Below, piece after piece: positions 45,638 through 54,775 of a stretch of 64,000 nucleotides of DNA (positions within the stretch are counted from its first letter, which is position 1; each line of letters starts with the position of its first letter). The position numbers and the translations under genes are program-made. The notes under the pieces are model-generated. The model searched no databases. It worked only from the letters and a program-made list of their open reading frames with translations, and had not been told where the DNA came from. Source of the stretch: Myxococcota bacterium (GTDB taxonomy: Bacteria; Myxococcota_A; UBA796; CAJQPC01); NCBI GenBank assembly GCA_036229005.1, contig JAZAMN010000024.1:224001-288000 (forward strand), read 5' to 3'.

Positions 45638-47032
45638 TCAGACGCCGCCTTCCGCTCGACTGGGCTGGTAGGGGGAGCCAGCCAGGGACCAGCGGGCCAT
45701 CGCGCCCCCCAGCCGCAAGGCTTCGCGCCAGGCGCCGCTGGCCAGCGCGTCCCTGGAGAGGCGGATCAGCGGCCTGGGGCGAAGGTAGAAGCCGCGCCAG
45801 GCCTCGCGCATCAGGGAGGCCAGCTCCTGCGGAGGGAGGTCGCTCACCGTCTGGCGATCCGCGTCTCCGTCCACCGGGTTCTGGACGTCGCCGCCCGCCT
45901 GGTGGCCGTGGGTCGCGAACAGCGGGGTGCCGGGCAGGGCGACCAGCGAGCTGAACTGGACGTAGTCGGCCTGCAGCTCGCGAACGAAGCGCAGGGTCTG
46001 TCGGACGGCGTTGGCGTCCTCTCCAGGGGCCCCGAGGATGATGTAGGCCACGCTGCGCAGGCCCGCCTCGCGGGTCCAGGAGAAGGCTCGGCGCACCTGC
46101 TCCAGCCGCAGGTCCTTCCGGAGGAGCGCCAGGGTCTCGGGGTTGGCGGACTCCACGCCGTAGGCCACCACGCGGCAGCCTGCGCGGCGCATCAGGCGCA
46201 GCAGCTCCAGGTCCACGCCGTCGGCGCGTCCCTCCGCCTTCCACTCGATGCGGAGCCCGCGGCGCAGGATCTCCTCGCAGATCTCCACGACCCGCCGCCT
46301 GTGCAGGGTGAAGTTGTCGTCGTAGAAGTTGACGAAGCCCACCCCAGAGCGCTCCAGAGCCTCCAACTCGTCGACGACATCCTTGGCCCCCCGGGCGCGC
46401 CAGCGGCTCCCGCTGACGCTCTTGTCGCAGAACGAGCAGGCAAAGGGGCACCCGCGGGAGGTCAACATCGTCGCAAAGCCCGGCTGCGTCGCCATGAGGT
46501 AGCGATAGGCCCCCTGGGGCAGCAGGTCCCGGGCCGGCCAGGGGATGGACTCGATCTCCGCGCTGGGCTGGTGGGCCCGGTAGGGGTGGCCGGGGGCTTG
46601 GATCCCGGCGGGGGGAGGGCCCTCCGCGCCTGCGCCCACCCAGTCCAGGTAGGGGAGCCAGGTCTCTTCGGCCTCCCCGATCGCCAGGTGATCCACCGCA
46701 TCGCAGTCGGCGAACACCTGCTCCCGCAGCGCGGTGGGGTGGGGGCCCCCCAGGATGATGTTCCGCGCATGCGGACGCGCCAACTCTGCGGCCCGGTAGG
46801 CCACGTCGGCTACAGGCGTCATGGCACCCAGGCCGAGCACGTCGGGCTTGAGGCGCGCCAGCTCGGCCTCGAAGCGCTGCCAGCTCCAGCCCAGCGCGTA
46901 GGCGTCCAACAAGGTGATGTCCCGGCCGGCCTGTCGGCTGACGGCTGCCAGGTAGCTCAGCCCCAGGGGGGGGACGGGCAGCCCGGCGTCCCGGGCGTCG
47001 CGTCGCGGGGGGCGGGCCAAGACGGTGCGCAT
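45638..47032 (-). CDS. B12-binding domain radical SAM protein
   Basis: PPLGLSYLAA, GGPHPT, GEAE, SRGCPFACSFC, DDNF, GVES. Confidence 0.92.
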   Translation of the reverse strand: MRTVLARPPRRDARDAGLPVPPLGLSYLAAVSRQAGRDITLLDAYALGWSWQRFEAELARLKPDVLGLGAMTPVADVAYRAAELARPHARNIILGGPHPTALREQVFADCDAVDHLAIGEAEETWLPYLDWVGAGAEGPPPAGIQAPGHPYRAHQPSAEIESIPWPARDLLPQGAYRYLMATQPGFATMLTSRGCPFACSFCDKSVSGSRWRARGAKDVVDELEALERSGVGFVNFYDDNFTLHRRRVVEICEEILRRGLRIEWKAEGRADGVDLELLRLMRRAGCRVVAYGVESANPETLALLRKDLRLEQVRRAFSWTREAGLRSVAYIILGAPGEDANAVRQTLRFVRELQADYVQFSSLVALPGTPLFATHGHQAGGDVQNPVDGDADRQTVSDLPPQELASLMREAWRGFYLRPRPLIRLSRDALASGAWREALRLGGAMARWSLAGSPYQPSRAEGGV

Positions 47033-47061
47033 GGCCCGAGTCTACCGCGTCCTGGGCGAGA

Positions 47062-47787
47062 TCAGCCGGCGACCAGTCGTCCCGCGGTCACGGCGAAGTT
47101 CATGGGCGGGTTGGCCTCGACCGCGGCGGCGTGCTCCCCCAGGTCCCAGCTTCGGGCTGCGGCGACCTCGGCGATGCGGTGTCGGATGCGGTTGCTCTCC
47201 TCGGTCTCCGAGGGCAGGCGGCCGATCAAGGAGGCGCGGGTCTGCTCGGTCTCGTCCTGGGCGATCAGAACCTCGACGGCGTTGTAGCGACAGCCCTCGT
47301 CGAAGTCATCCAGGAACTTCGTGGCGCAGGTCACCACCGCGGGACCCTTGAAGTCGGCGAGCTTGACCAGCAGATCCCGCTTCTTCTGAGGCTTGAGGCC
47401 GGACTTCTTGTACTCGGCGTCCAGCAGCTCGAGCACCACGGCCTGGGTGCGATCGGCGCTCGTGAGCTTCTCGAAGAGGTTGAGGGGGCGGGAGAAGCTG
47501 TTCGCGGAGCGCAGGAAGGTCTCCAGGGGCCCGACGGCGTTCTGACCCAGGCCCAGGACCAGGTTGGAGACCTGCTCCTTCTCGGCTGCGTCCTTCATGC
47601 CGTGCTCATAGGTCATCTCGAAGCGCCCCAGCAGGCCCAGGATGGCCTCCTCGCTGCCCTCTTCAGCCAGCCAGAGCGCGATGCTCTCGCGCTCCTCCAG
47701 GGGGGTGTCCTTGTTGCGGAGCTTCTTGCTGTACTTCTTGATCTTGCTCTCGCCAGATCCACCCTTGAACCAGTCCAGGAGGCCCAT
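47062..47787 (-). CDS. HEAT-repeat protein
   Basis: ATG 47787 with GGAG SD; helical repeats (FLDDFDEGCRYNAVEVL, EESNRIRHRIAE). Confidence 0.75.
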   Translation of the reverse strand: MGLLDWFKGGSGESKIKKYSKKLRNKDTPLEERESIALWLAEEGSEEAILGLLGRFEMTYEHGMKDAAEKEQVSNLVLGLGQNAVGPLETFLRSANSFSRPLNLFEKLTSADRTQAVVLELLDAEYKKSGLKPQKKRDLLVKLADFKGPAVVTCATKFLDDFDEGCRYNAVEVLIAQDETEQTRASLIGRLPSETEESNRIRHRIAEVAAARSWDLGEHAAAVEANPPMNFAVTAGRLVAG

Positions 47788-47818
47788 CTCTACGCTCCGT
47801 TCATTGTCGGGCGGGCAT

Positions 47819-48574
47819 CTAAACCCCATCACCCGGGGGGACAAGCCCCAGCCAGAGCCCAGCCTGCCAATCGGGGGCCGCAGGTGTGAGCCCGAAGCCT
47901 CCTGTTGCGCCCACCTGAACGGGCCCGCGCAGCGGCAGAGCCCAGCCGACCCGAACGCTGGCGTCGTGCGGATTGCGGGGGGACTGCACCCGCCAGTCCG
48001 TCGCCACCAGGGCCTCGCCTGGGCCCGCAGGCACGTAGACGCGGGCTCGGAGCAGCAGTGCGTCGTCCTGGGCGTTGAGCTGGTGGGGGTGTCCGGCGAT
48101 CCACAGGAAGGCCCCAAGGTCCCAGCGGAGCCGCTCCCGCTCTGTCCGGGACCACAGCCCCAAGGCGGTGTCGGTCTCGTCCGTGCCCAGCGGGGGCTCC
48201 GCGTTCGGGAGCTTGAGCTCCCAGTGGATCCAGAGCGCGGAGGCCTGAGAGGGGAGCGTCCAGAGTCGCGCCTGCGTCGTGAGTTGCAGATCGCCTGGAC
48301 CGGTGATCCGGGTCCCCGCGGCGTCGCGTGCTGAAAGAACGCGCCAGCTCGCCGAGAGCTGCACGGGATCGGCCGGTCGCCATGTCAACTCTCCTGACAC
48401 GGCGCTCAGATCGCGCTCGCTGAGAGTGAATGGCGCGACGGTGCCTTGGTCGTGACGGAGCGTGAACGCGCCTGTGATGGGGGCCTGCACCACCTGAGCG
48501 GTCTCCGGCCACAGCACGGGCTGGGACGCATATGCCGCGAAGGAGGCGAGGGTTGCAGGGGAAAAAGGTCTCAT
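47819..48574 (-). CDS. Putative outer-membrane beta-barrel (MetA-pathway/transporter-like)
   Basis: Alternating amphipathic strands; G.GDL, KLPNA...GTDETD, GLT..APDW motifs. Confidence 0.6.
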   Translation of the reverse strand: MRPFSPATLASFAAYASQPVLWPETAQVVQAPITGAFTLRHDQGTVAPFTLSERDLSAVSGELTWRPADPVQLSASWRVLSARDAAGTRITGPGDLQLTTQARLWTLPSQASALWIHWELKLPNAEPPLGTDETDTALGLWSRTERERLRWDLGAFLWIAGHPHQLNAQDDALLLRARVYVPAGPGEALVATDWRVQSPRNPHDASVRVGWALPLRGPVQVGATGGFGLTPAAPDWQAGLWLGLVPPGDGV

Positions 48575-48590
48575 CCAGGTCAGCTTTCTG

Positions 48591-48620
48591 TTGACGATTG
48601 GCCAAAGGCATGCGTAGTTT
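48591..48620 (+). promoter_or_regulatory. sigma70-type promoter TTGACG-N18-TAGTTT
   Basis: Upstream of the PKD lipoprotein pair. Confidence 0.55.
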
Positions 48621-48703
48621 AGGCCGAAGCCTGATCCAGACGAGCCCTGTCGCCTGAATTCACCTTCGTTCTCACGGTACCCCCTTCCGCGGAGCAGAGT
48701 CCG

Positions 48704-50101
48704 ATGCTCAAGACCAGCCGGATCGCCCTCACCACCCTCGCCATCGGTTCACTGACCCTCCTTGCGGCTTGCAAGGACGGTGAGGACACCGGGCCCCAGT
48801 ACTGCCCGCCCTTCGCGGACGCTGGGGAAGACCAGGACGCCATCCTGGAGGACGTCGTCACCCTCGACGCGAGCCTCTCCGGTTGGGCCGACCCCGACGA
48901 TCCGGACCTGTCCTGCCAGGGGGATCACGCCCTCAGCTACACCTGGACCTTCCAGTCGGTGCCTGTGGGCTCCGCGGTGGACGACGGTGTGCTCTCGGAC
49001 AACAACAGCCCCACGGCCGTGAGCGCGACCTTCCAGCCCGACATCATCGGCACCTACGTGGTCAGCCTCAGCGTCGAGGACGAGATCACCGGCGTCGCGG
49101 ACCAGAACGACCTGGTGATCATCACCGTCACCTCCTCGGATGGTGTCCCTGTCGCTGACGCCGGTGACGACGTCACCGCGCAGGTCGGCACCCGCATCGA
49201 GCTCGACGGCTCGGGCTCCGAGGACCCCGAGGGCTTGGAGCTCGACTTCTCCTGGTCCATCTCCTCCGCCCCGGAGTGTTCCGGCCTGGAGAGCGGCGAC
49301 CTCTACAACGCGAACACCGCCTCTCCCTCGATGATCTGCGACTGCGCCGGGACCTACCTGGTGGAGCTGGTGGTCAGCGACGGGGTGCAGTGGTCCCCGG
49401 TCGACAGCGCGACCGTGACCTGCACCGACGGCAACCAGCCCCCTGTCGCGGACGCTGGTGACTCCGGCGCCATGGAGCCCTGCACCGACAGCACCGTCGA
49501 GCTGGACGGCTTCGGCTCCTACGACCCCGAGGGCGAGGCCCTGACCTACCAGTGGAACCTGCTGGAGGTCCCTGCGGAGTCGACCCTGACCGAGGCCGAC
49601 CTGAGCGACCTGAGCATCGCAAACCCGATGTTCACCTGGGATGTGGCGGGTGACTACACCTTCCAGCTTCAGGTCTACGATGGTGAGAACTGGTCGGCTC
49701 CCGACGTCGTCACCATGACCTTCCTGGATCCCGCGGTCGACAACACCTCCCCCGTGGCCAACGCGGGCGAGAACCAGTCGGTTGACCTCGAGGCCGCCTG
49801 CACCACCTCCTCCTACGTCTGGACCTGTGACGCCTGCGAGGTCCAGGAGTTCGAGGTCGACGGCTCCGGCTCCTTCGACCCCGACGGTGACGACATCACC
49901 TACCAGTGGACGACCGAGGAGAGCGACGTCACGATCGACTCCCCTTACGCCTTCAAGAGCACCATCTGGGTGGGCGAGACCGAGGCCACCTACGGCAGCA
50001 GCACGGCCTACAACTTCGACATCCAGCTCGAGACGGCCGACTGCACCCAGTCGGACACTGATACTGTCCGCCTGACCGTCAACTGCGAAGGCACCAACTG
50101 A
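48704..50101 (+). CDS. PKD/REJ-type Ig-like repeat lipoprotein (4 repeats)
   Basis: Lipobox LAAC; four P(V/F)A(D/N)AG...LD.S.S.DP.G..L.Y.W repeats; very acidic. Confidence 0.85.
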   Translation: MLKTSRIALTTLAIGSLTLLAACKDGEDTGPQYCPPFADAGEDQDAILEDVVTLDASLSGWADPDDPDLSCQGDHALSYTWTFQSVPVGSAVDDGVLSDNNSPTAVSATFQPDIIGTYVVSLSVEDEITGVADQNDLVIITVTSSDGVPVADAGDDVTAQVGTRIELDGSGSEDPEGLELDFSWSISSAPECSGLESGDLYNANTASPSMICDCAGTYLVELVVSDGVQWSPVDSATVTCTDGNQPPVADAGDSGAMEPCTDSTVELDGFGSYDPEGEALTYQWNLLEVPAESTLTEADLSDLSIANPMFTWDVAGDYTFQLQVYDGENWSAPDVVTMTFLDPAVDNTSPVANAGENQSVDLEAACTTSSYVWTCDACEVQEFEVDGSGSFDPDGDDITYQWTTEESDVTIDSPYAFKSTIWVGETEATYGSSTAYNFDIQLETADCTQSDTDTVRLTVNCEGTN

Positions 50102-50115
50102 GCGAGGCTCCGCAC

Positions 50116-51528
50116 ATGACCAGCTTTACCCGCGCATTCTCTGCCCTTGGTCTCGTCGCGCTGGCGAGCCTTGTGGCCTGCAACAAGGACTCCGAGGACT
50201 CCGCTCCGGTCGACACCAACGAGGCGCCCACCGCGGACGCCGGTGAGGACCAGGTGGTGAACTTCGGGACCGTCAGCCTCAACGCCTCCGGCTCCTTCGA
50301 TCCGGACGGTGACTCCCTCTACTACGAGTGGGCCTTTGAGCATGTGCCTGACGGCTCCACCCTCGCCGAGGAGGAGGACGCGTTCCTCCACAACGGCAAC
50401 GCGGCCGCCATCAGCACCAGCTTCAACCCCGACCGCCCCGGCACCTACGTGCTGGCGCTGCGTGTGCACGACGGCTTCCTCTACTCCGGCACCGACTACA
50501 CCGTGGTCCAGGTGGAGATGGAGGACGACGCGCGCCCCGTCGCGGACGCTGGCGTCGACATCACCGTCGAGGTCGGCACGGCGGTCACCCTGGACGGCTC
50601 CAAGTCCTATGACCCGACGGGTCTGGCGCTGAGCTACGGCTGGGCCTTCAACTCCCTGCCCGACAAGTCTTCTCTGGACGGCAGCAGCCTCTCCGGTTCG
50701 GACACCGAGACCGCCAGCTTCACCCCAGACGCTCGCGGCGTGTACGAGCTGACCCTCATCGTGGACAACGGCATCCAGAGCTCCCTGAGCGACCTGGTCC
50801 GGGTGACCGTCACCGGTGACGACAGCGCCCCCGTCGCGAACGCCGGCGCCGACATCGCTGGTGAGGACTGCACCTACGTCAGCCTGGACGGTGCCAGCTC
50901 CGTGGACCCCGACGACGATGCGCTCCAGTACTACTGGGAGGTCCAGTCGGTCCCCTCCGGGTCTGCAGTGACCAACGCCGATCTGTCGGACCGCAGCGCC
51001 GAGTCCCCCACCATCTGGACGGATATCGCGGGCACCTACGTGCTGTCCCTGACCGTGTTCGACGGCACCAACTGGTCCACCCCGGACCTGGTGACCCTCG
51101 AGCTCGGTGAGCGTAGCTACAACACACCTCCCGCCGTGAGCATCACCGCTCCCAGCGCGCTGTCGGCTGGCTACACCTGCTGCGAGGAGTCCGGCTACAG
51201 CTACGACTGTGACGACTGCCCCGACCAGGACTTCGAGATGCTGACCGACTACATCAGCATCGCGGACGCCGACGCAGATCCCTTCACCTACACCTGGTCC
51301 ATCGTGAGCGGGTCGGGCGAGATCTCCGACGCAGCGAGCGTGCCCACGACCATCACCCTGGAAGACGTCACCGCGACGGAGCCCAGCGTGTGTGACACCA
51401 CCAGCTACACCATCGCCCTGACGGTCACCGACTGCACCGGCGAGAGCACCTACACCGAGACCACGATCGATGTGGAGTGCTGTGGCAGCGACGGCAGCGA
51501 CAGCGCCGCCTCGGGTGTCTGCGACTGA
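50116..51528 (+). CDS. PKD/REJ-type Ig-like repeat lipoprotein (4 repeats), paralog of upstream gene
   Basis: Lipobox LVAC; PTADAG, PVADAG, PVANAG repeats plus a diverged Cys-rich fourth repeat. Confidence 0.85.
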   Translation: MTSFTRAFSALGLVALASLVACNKDSEDSAPVDTNEAPTADAGEDQVVNFGTVSLNASGSFDPDGDSLYYEWAFEHVPDGSTLAEEEDAFLHNGNAAAISTSFNPDRPGTYVLALRVHDGFLYSGTDYTVVQVEMEDDARPVADAGVDITVEVGTAVTLDGSKSYDPTGLALSYGWAFNSLPDKSSLDGSSLSGSDTETASFTPDARGVYELTLIVDNGIQSSLSDLVRVTVTGDDSAPVANAGADIAGEDCTYVSLDGASSVDPDDDALQYYWEVQSVPSGSAVTNADLSDRSAESPTIWTDIAGTYVLSLTVFDGTNWSTPDLVTLELGERSYNTPPAVSITAPSALSAGYTCCEESGYSYDCDDCPDQDFEMLTDYISIADADADPFTYTWSIVSGSGEISDAASVPTTITLEDVTATEPSVCDTTSYTIALTVTDCTGESTYTETTIDVECCGSDGSDSAASGVCD

Positions 51529-51548
51529 GCAGGCCGCGTCGTGATAGA

Positions 51549-51581
51549 GCGGGCGGAGTCCTTCGGGGCTTCGCCCGTTTT
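51549..51581 (+). terminator. Intrinsic terminator
   Basis: GCGGGCGGAGTCC-TTCG-GGGCTTCGCCCGT stem with C(UUCG)G loop, followed by a T-run, 20 nt after the stop codon. Confidence 0.8.
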
Positions 51582-51599
51582 GCTCTGAGGAGTCCTGGC

Positions 51600-52952
51600 T
51601 TGCTGGTGGTCTTTGCGCTCATGGCCTGCAGTCCCCCGGCCCAGGTATCCGAGCCCGCGCTGGGCGTACCGGCTGGACAGGAGCTGGTCACTGAGCGCCT
51701 GCGTGCGGGCTTGGGGCAGTGGATCCGCTTGGACCTGGCCTACGACGGCCCCTGGCCGGCGAACCTGGCCTGGGAGGGGGTGGACCGCAGCGAGGGCAGC
51801 ACGGCCTGGATCCAGGTGACCTCGCTGGGGGACAGGGTTGTGCGGGTTGAGGGGCTGGAGCGGGTGGTGACGGTGGACCCGGGAGCGAACCGACCCTCCC
51901 GATCCCCACTCCCCCTGGACAAGCGGCCGCTGACTGAGAGCCGCGGCACTTGCTTCGATCCGCGCTTCCCCACCCTGACGGGGAGTTGGGTGCTGGGCTG
52001 CGAGAATGGCCTGGTGGCGCAGGCCTGGAACGTCGAGAGCGGCGCGGTGCAGACGCTGGAGCCCGCGCAGCGCAGCCCGGGAGTGGGCTCTGGGGTGGCG
52101 TTCTGGCCAGGGGTGGGGGTGTGGCGCCTGGATGAGGGGGGCTTTGTGGCCTCCAAGCCCCACCAGGTCAGCCCCATCGGGCCTGTGGTCGGGGACGGGG
52201 AGGGCTTCGTGCTCACCACGGAGGATGCGGTGATGTGGGGTGGCCTCACCGATGGGCAGCGCTTTAGGGAGCCCGCTGAGCCGGCGAGCTGGTATGCGCC
52301 GGCGCTGGCGGATGACGGCCCGGTGTGGGTGGACCGCAGGGAGGCTCCGCTCACCGGGTTGGACCTCTACAGGCTGGTGGATGGGCAGGTCCGGGTGCTG
52401 GTGCGGGCGCCGGGGGACCAGCGCCATGTGGCGGCCAGCGGCCCTTGGATCGCGTGGATCGAGGACGGGTACGTGGTCGTGCAGGACACCCGCGTCGGGG
52501 AGCGCAGGCGCTACGCAGCGGACGCCCACACCGCCAGCGGCCTCAGCCTCTGGGGACCGGTCGCGTGCTGGGAGCAGTGGAACGGCGAGGACATCGACGC
52601 CGTGTGCAGCGACGGTCTGGTGGCCGGGGGAGCGGGACACCAGCGGCGCCCCGCGCGCTCCGGACCCTGGCTCTTCTACGTGGACGAGGGGCGGCCCATG
52701 CTGGCCACTGCGCGCGAGCTCGTATGGGACGATGACGACCCCTTGGCGACCCCTCAGGGGCCGCGGGAGAACCTGCCCGGCGCCTACAGGGGGGCCGCTG
52801 TGCCCGCTGGAGTCCGCTACGCCCTGCCGGAGCTGCCGGGCCAGTGGCGCGTGGATGTCTGGGAGGACGGGGCCTGGGTGGCTCGCGGGGACTACACTGC
52901 CGGGGAGATGCTCACTGCCCAAGACGCCGTGCGCCTGGTGCGCGTCCCGTGA
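51600..52952 (+). CDS. Lipoprotein with beta-propeller repeats (TolB-like/archaeal surface type)
   Basis: GAGGAG SD, lipobox LMAC; repeats GDQRHVAASGPWIAWIE, SLWGPVACWEQ, GHQRRPARSGPWLFYVD. Confidence 0.6.
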   Translation: MLVVFALMACSPPAQVSEPALGVPAGQELVTERLRAGLGQWIRLDLAYDGPWPANLAWEGVDRSEGSTAWIQVTSLGDRVVRVEGLERVVTVDPGANRPSRSPLPLDKRPLTESRGTCFDPRFPTLTGSWVLGCENGLVAQAWNVESGAVQTLEPAQRSPGVGSGVAFWPGVGVWRLDEGGFVASKPHQVSPIGPVVGDGEGFVLTTEDAVMWGGLTDGQRFREPAEPASWYAPALADDGPVWVDRREAPLTGLDLYRLVDGQVRVLVRAPGDQRHVAASGPWIAWIEDGYVVVQDTRVGERRRYAADAHTASGLSLWGPVACWEQWNGEDIDAVCSDGLVAGGAGHQRRPARSGPWLFYVDEGRPMLATARELVWDDDDPLATPQGPRENLPGAYRGAAVPAGVRYALPELPGQWRVDVWEDGAWVARGDYTAGEMLTAQDAVRLVRVP

Positions 52953-54775
52953 AGGCCTGGCCGGCCCAGCTCGCCTCCGGGGCGGTGGTGCTCCTGCTGG
53001 GAGCGGTGCTCGTCTTCGCCCAGCCTCTGGGAGAGGGAGGGGAGCTGGCGCGGGCCTGCGCGGCGGTGCTCATCTGGGGCCTCTCAGCGATGGGGCTCGG
53101 CGGGGGCATCCTGGGGCGGGCGCGCGCTGGTGAGGCGCTGGCGCTGGGGATCGGGATCCTGGGGCTCGTGCTGCTCCTGTTCGCCGGCTTGGGGCTGCTC
53201 TCGCCCTTCATGATCGCGGGGGTCGCGGTCGCGGGAGCCGCGGGGTGGATCCTGCGCCCCGAGCTGGAGGTGGACCTGGACCCTCGGGTGGGTGTCCTGC
53301 TGCTGCCGCTGCTCGCGATGGGGGGCATCCAGGCGCTCGCGCCGCCCATCGACACCGACGAGATCTACCAGCACCTGGCGCTGCCCAAGATGATGCTGCA
53401 CACCGGCGGGCTCGTGGGCGGGATGTTCACCCCCGACGGCTCCCGTCCGATGGGGCTGCACCTGAACTATGCGGCGCTGCTCAGCTTCGGGGGAGCGCCC
53501 GCGGTCAAGGGCTTCCACCTGCTCCTGGCCCTGCTCCTGCTCGCCGAGGTGCAGCGCCTGGGCGAGAAGCTGGCCCCCATGGCGGGCTGGGCGGGCGCGA
53601 TGGCGCTGGCGGGCTCCTTCACCTTCCTGCGGGAGCTTGGCCTCGCCGACAACAACCTGCCCACCGCGCTGATGGGCCTCTACGGGCTCCGGGCGGTGAT
53701 CCAGGATCGTCCGGGCCGCCTCGCGCTCTTCTCCGGCCTGGCCCTGTCCTTCAAGTACACCGCCGCGCCGCTGGTCTTTGGCCTCTACCTGGGCGACCTG
53801 GTGTGGCGCCGGGACCTCAAGCGCAGCGCCTGGACCACCGCGGCCGCCCTGGGCATGGTCGCGCCCTGGTGGATCCGCAACCTGCTGGGGGGGCTGCACC
53901 CGCTCTTCCCCTACGCCGGGTGGCCGGCGGGCGACCGCTTCGTGTTCGCCTACGTCGAGCGCTACGGGATGGGCCGCGACCTGCTCTCCCTGCTGATGCT
54001 GCCCTGGAACGCCACCCTCCACGGCGATCCCACCCGCTACGAGGGCTTCCTGGGGCGCATCTCCCCCCTGGGCCTGGCCGCTCTACCCGGGGGCCTCTAC
54101 GCGTGCTGGCGGGCCTCCTCCGAGCGCAAGCCGGCCTGGGCGGTGGTGTTGGGGAGCGCCGCGGTCTGCCTGCTGGGCTGGGCGCTGGGGGCCCACTGGC
54201 TGCGCTACCTGCTGCCGGCCGCGCCTGCGATCGCCCTCGCCATCGGGTTGGGGGTCGCGGTCCTGCCGCGCTGGGGCTGGGTAGCCGCCGGTCTGGTGTG
54301 GGTGGCTGGTCTGCCCTCGAACCTCAAGCCCCACCTCCAGGGTCTGGCGCCCCTCGCGCAGGTCTTGGGGGGGGAGCGCACCCGCGAGGCGCTGCTGGAG
54401 GAGAAGGTCCCCGGCTACGCCGCAATCCGCTGGGTGAACAACGAGGCGCCCCCCACAGCCCGGATCGCCATGGCGTTCACCTGGGGCGGCTACCATCTGG
54501 ACCGGCCCTACGTCCTGGGCTCCGTCGAGGACCACGTCCCCATGCGCCACCTGCTCTACCTGCACGGCGACCAGACCCTCCCCCTGCTGCGCGAGCTGGG
54601 GGTCACCCACGTGGTCACCGGGCGGGTGCACTTCATCCACAAGACCTACCCCTTCCTGGACGACGCCACCTTCAACGAGCAGTTCACCCAGCCCGAGGAG
54701 CAGTGGGAGGAGATGCTCCTGGAGCAGGGGACCCTGGTGTTCGAGCAGGGCCGCAGCAGCGTGTGGCGCCTGTGA
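52949..54775 (+). CDS. GT-C (ArnT/PMT_2-like) polytopic glycosyltransferase
   Basis: GTGA overlap; PPIDTDEIYQHL..P loop, ADN, KYT, PWWIRN, LRYLLPA; more than 10 TM. Confidence 0.75.
   Translation: MKAWPAQLASGAVVLLLGAVLVFAQPLGEGGELARACAAVLIWGLSAMGLGGGILGRARAGEALALGIGILGLVLLLFAGLGLLSPFMIAGVAVAGAAGWILRPELEVDLDPRVGVLLLPLLAMGGIQALAPPIDTDEIYQHLALPKMMLHTGGLVGGMFTPDGSRPMGLHLNYAALLSFGGAPAVKGFHLLLALLLLAEVQRLGEKLAPMAGWAGAMALAGSFTFLRELGLADNNLPTALMGLYGLRAVIQDRPGRLALFSGLALSFKYTAAPLVFGLYLGDLVWRRDLKRSAWTTAAALGMVAPWWIRNLLGGLHPLFPYAGWPAGDRFVFAYVERYGMGRDLLSLLMLPWNATLHGDPTRYEGFLGRISPLGLAALPGGLYACWRASSERKPAWAVVLGSAAVCLLGWALGAHWLRYLLPAAPAIALAIGLGVAVLPRWGWVAAGLVWVAGLPSNLKPHLQGLAPLAQVLGGERTREALLEEKVPGYAAIRWVNNEAPPTARIAMAFTWGGYHLDRPYVLGSVEDHVPMRHLLYLHGDQTLPLLRELGVTHVVTGRVHFIHKTYPFLDDATFNEQFTQPEEQWEEMLLEQGTLVFEQGRSSVWRL

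Noticed and set aside
48599..48613. GG-N10-GC sigma54-like spacing (TGGCCAAAGGCATGC)
   Set aside because: Poor match outside GG/GC and embedded in a better sigma70-type promoter
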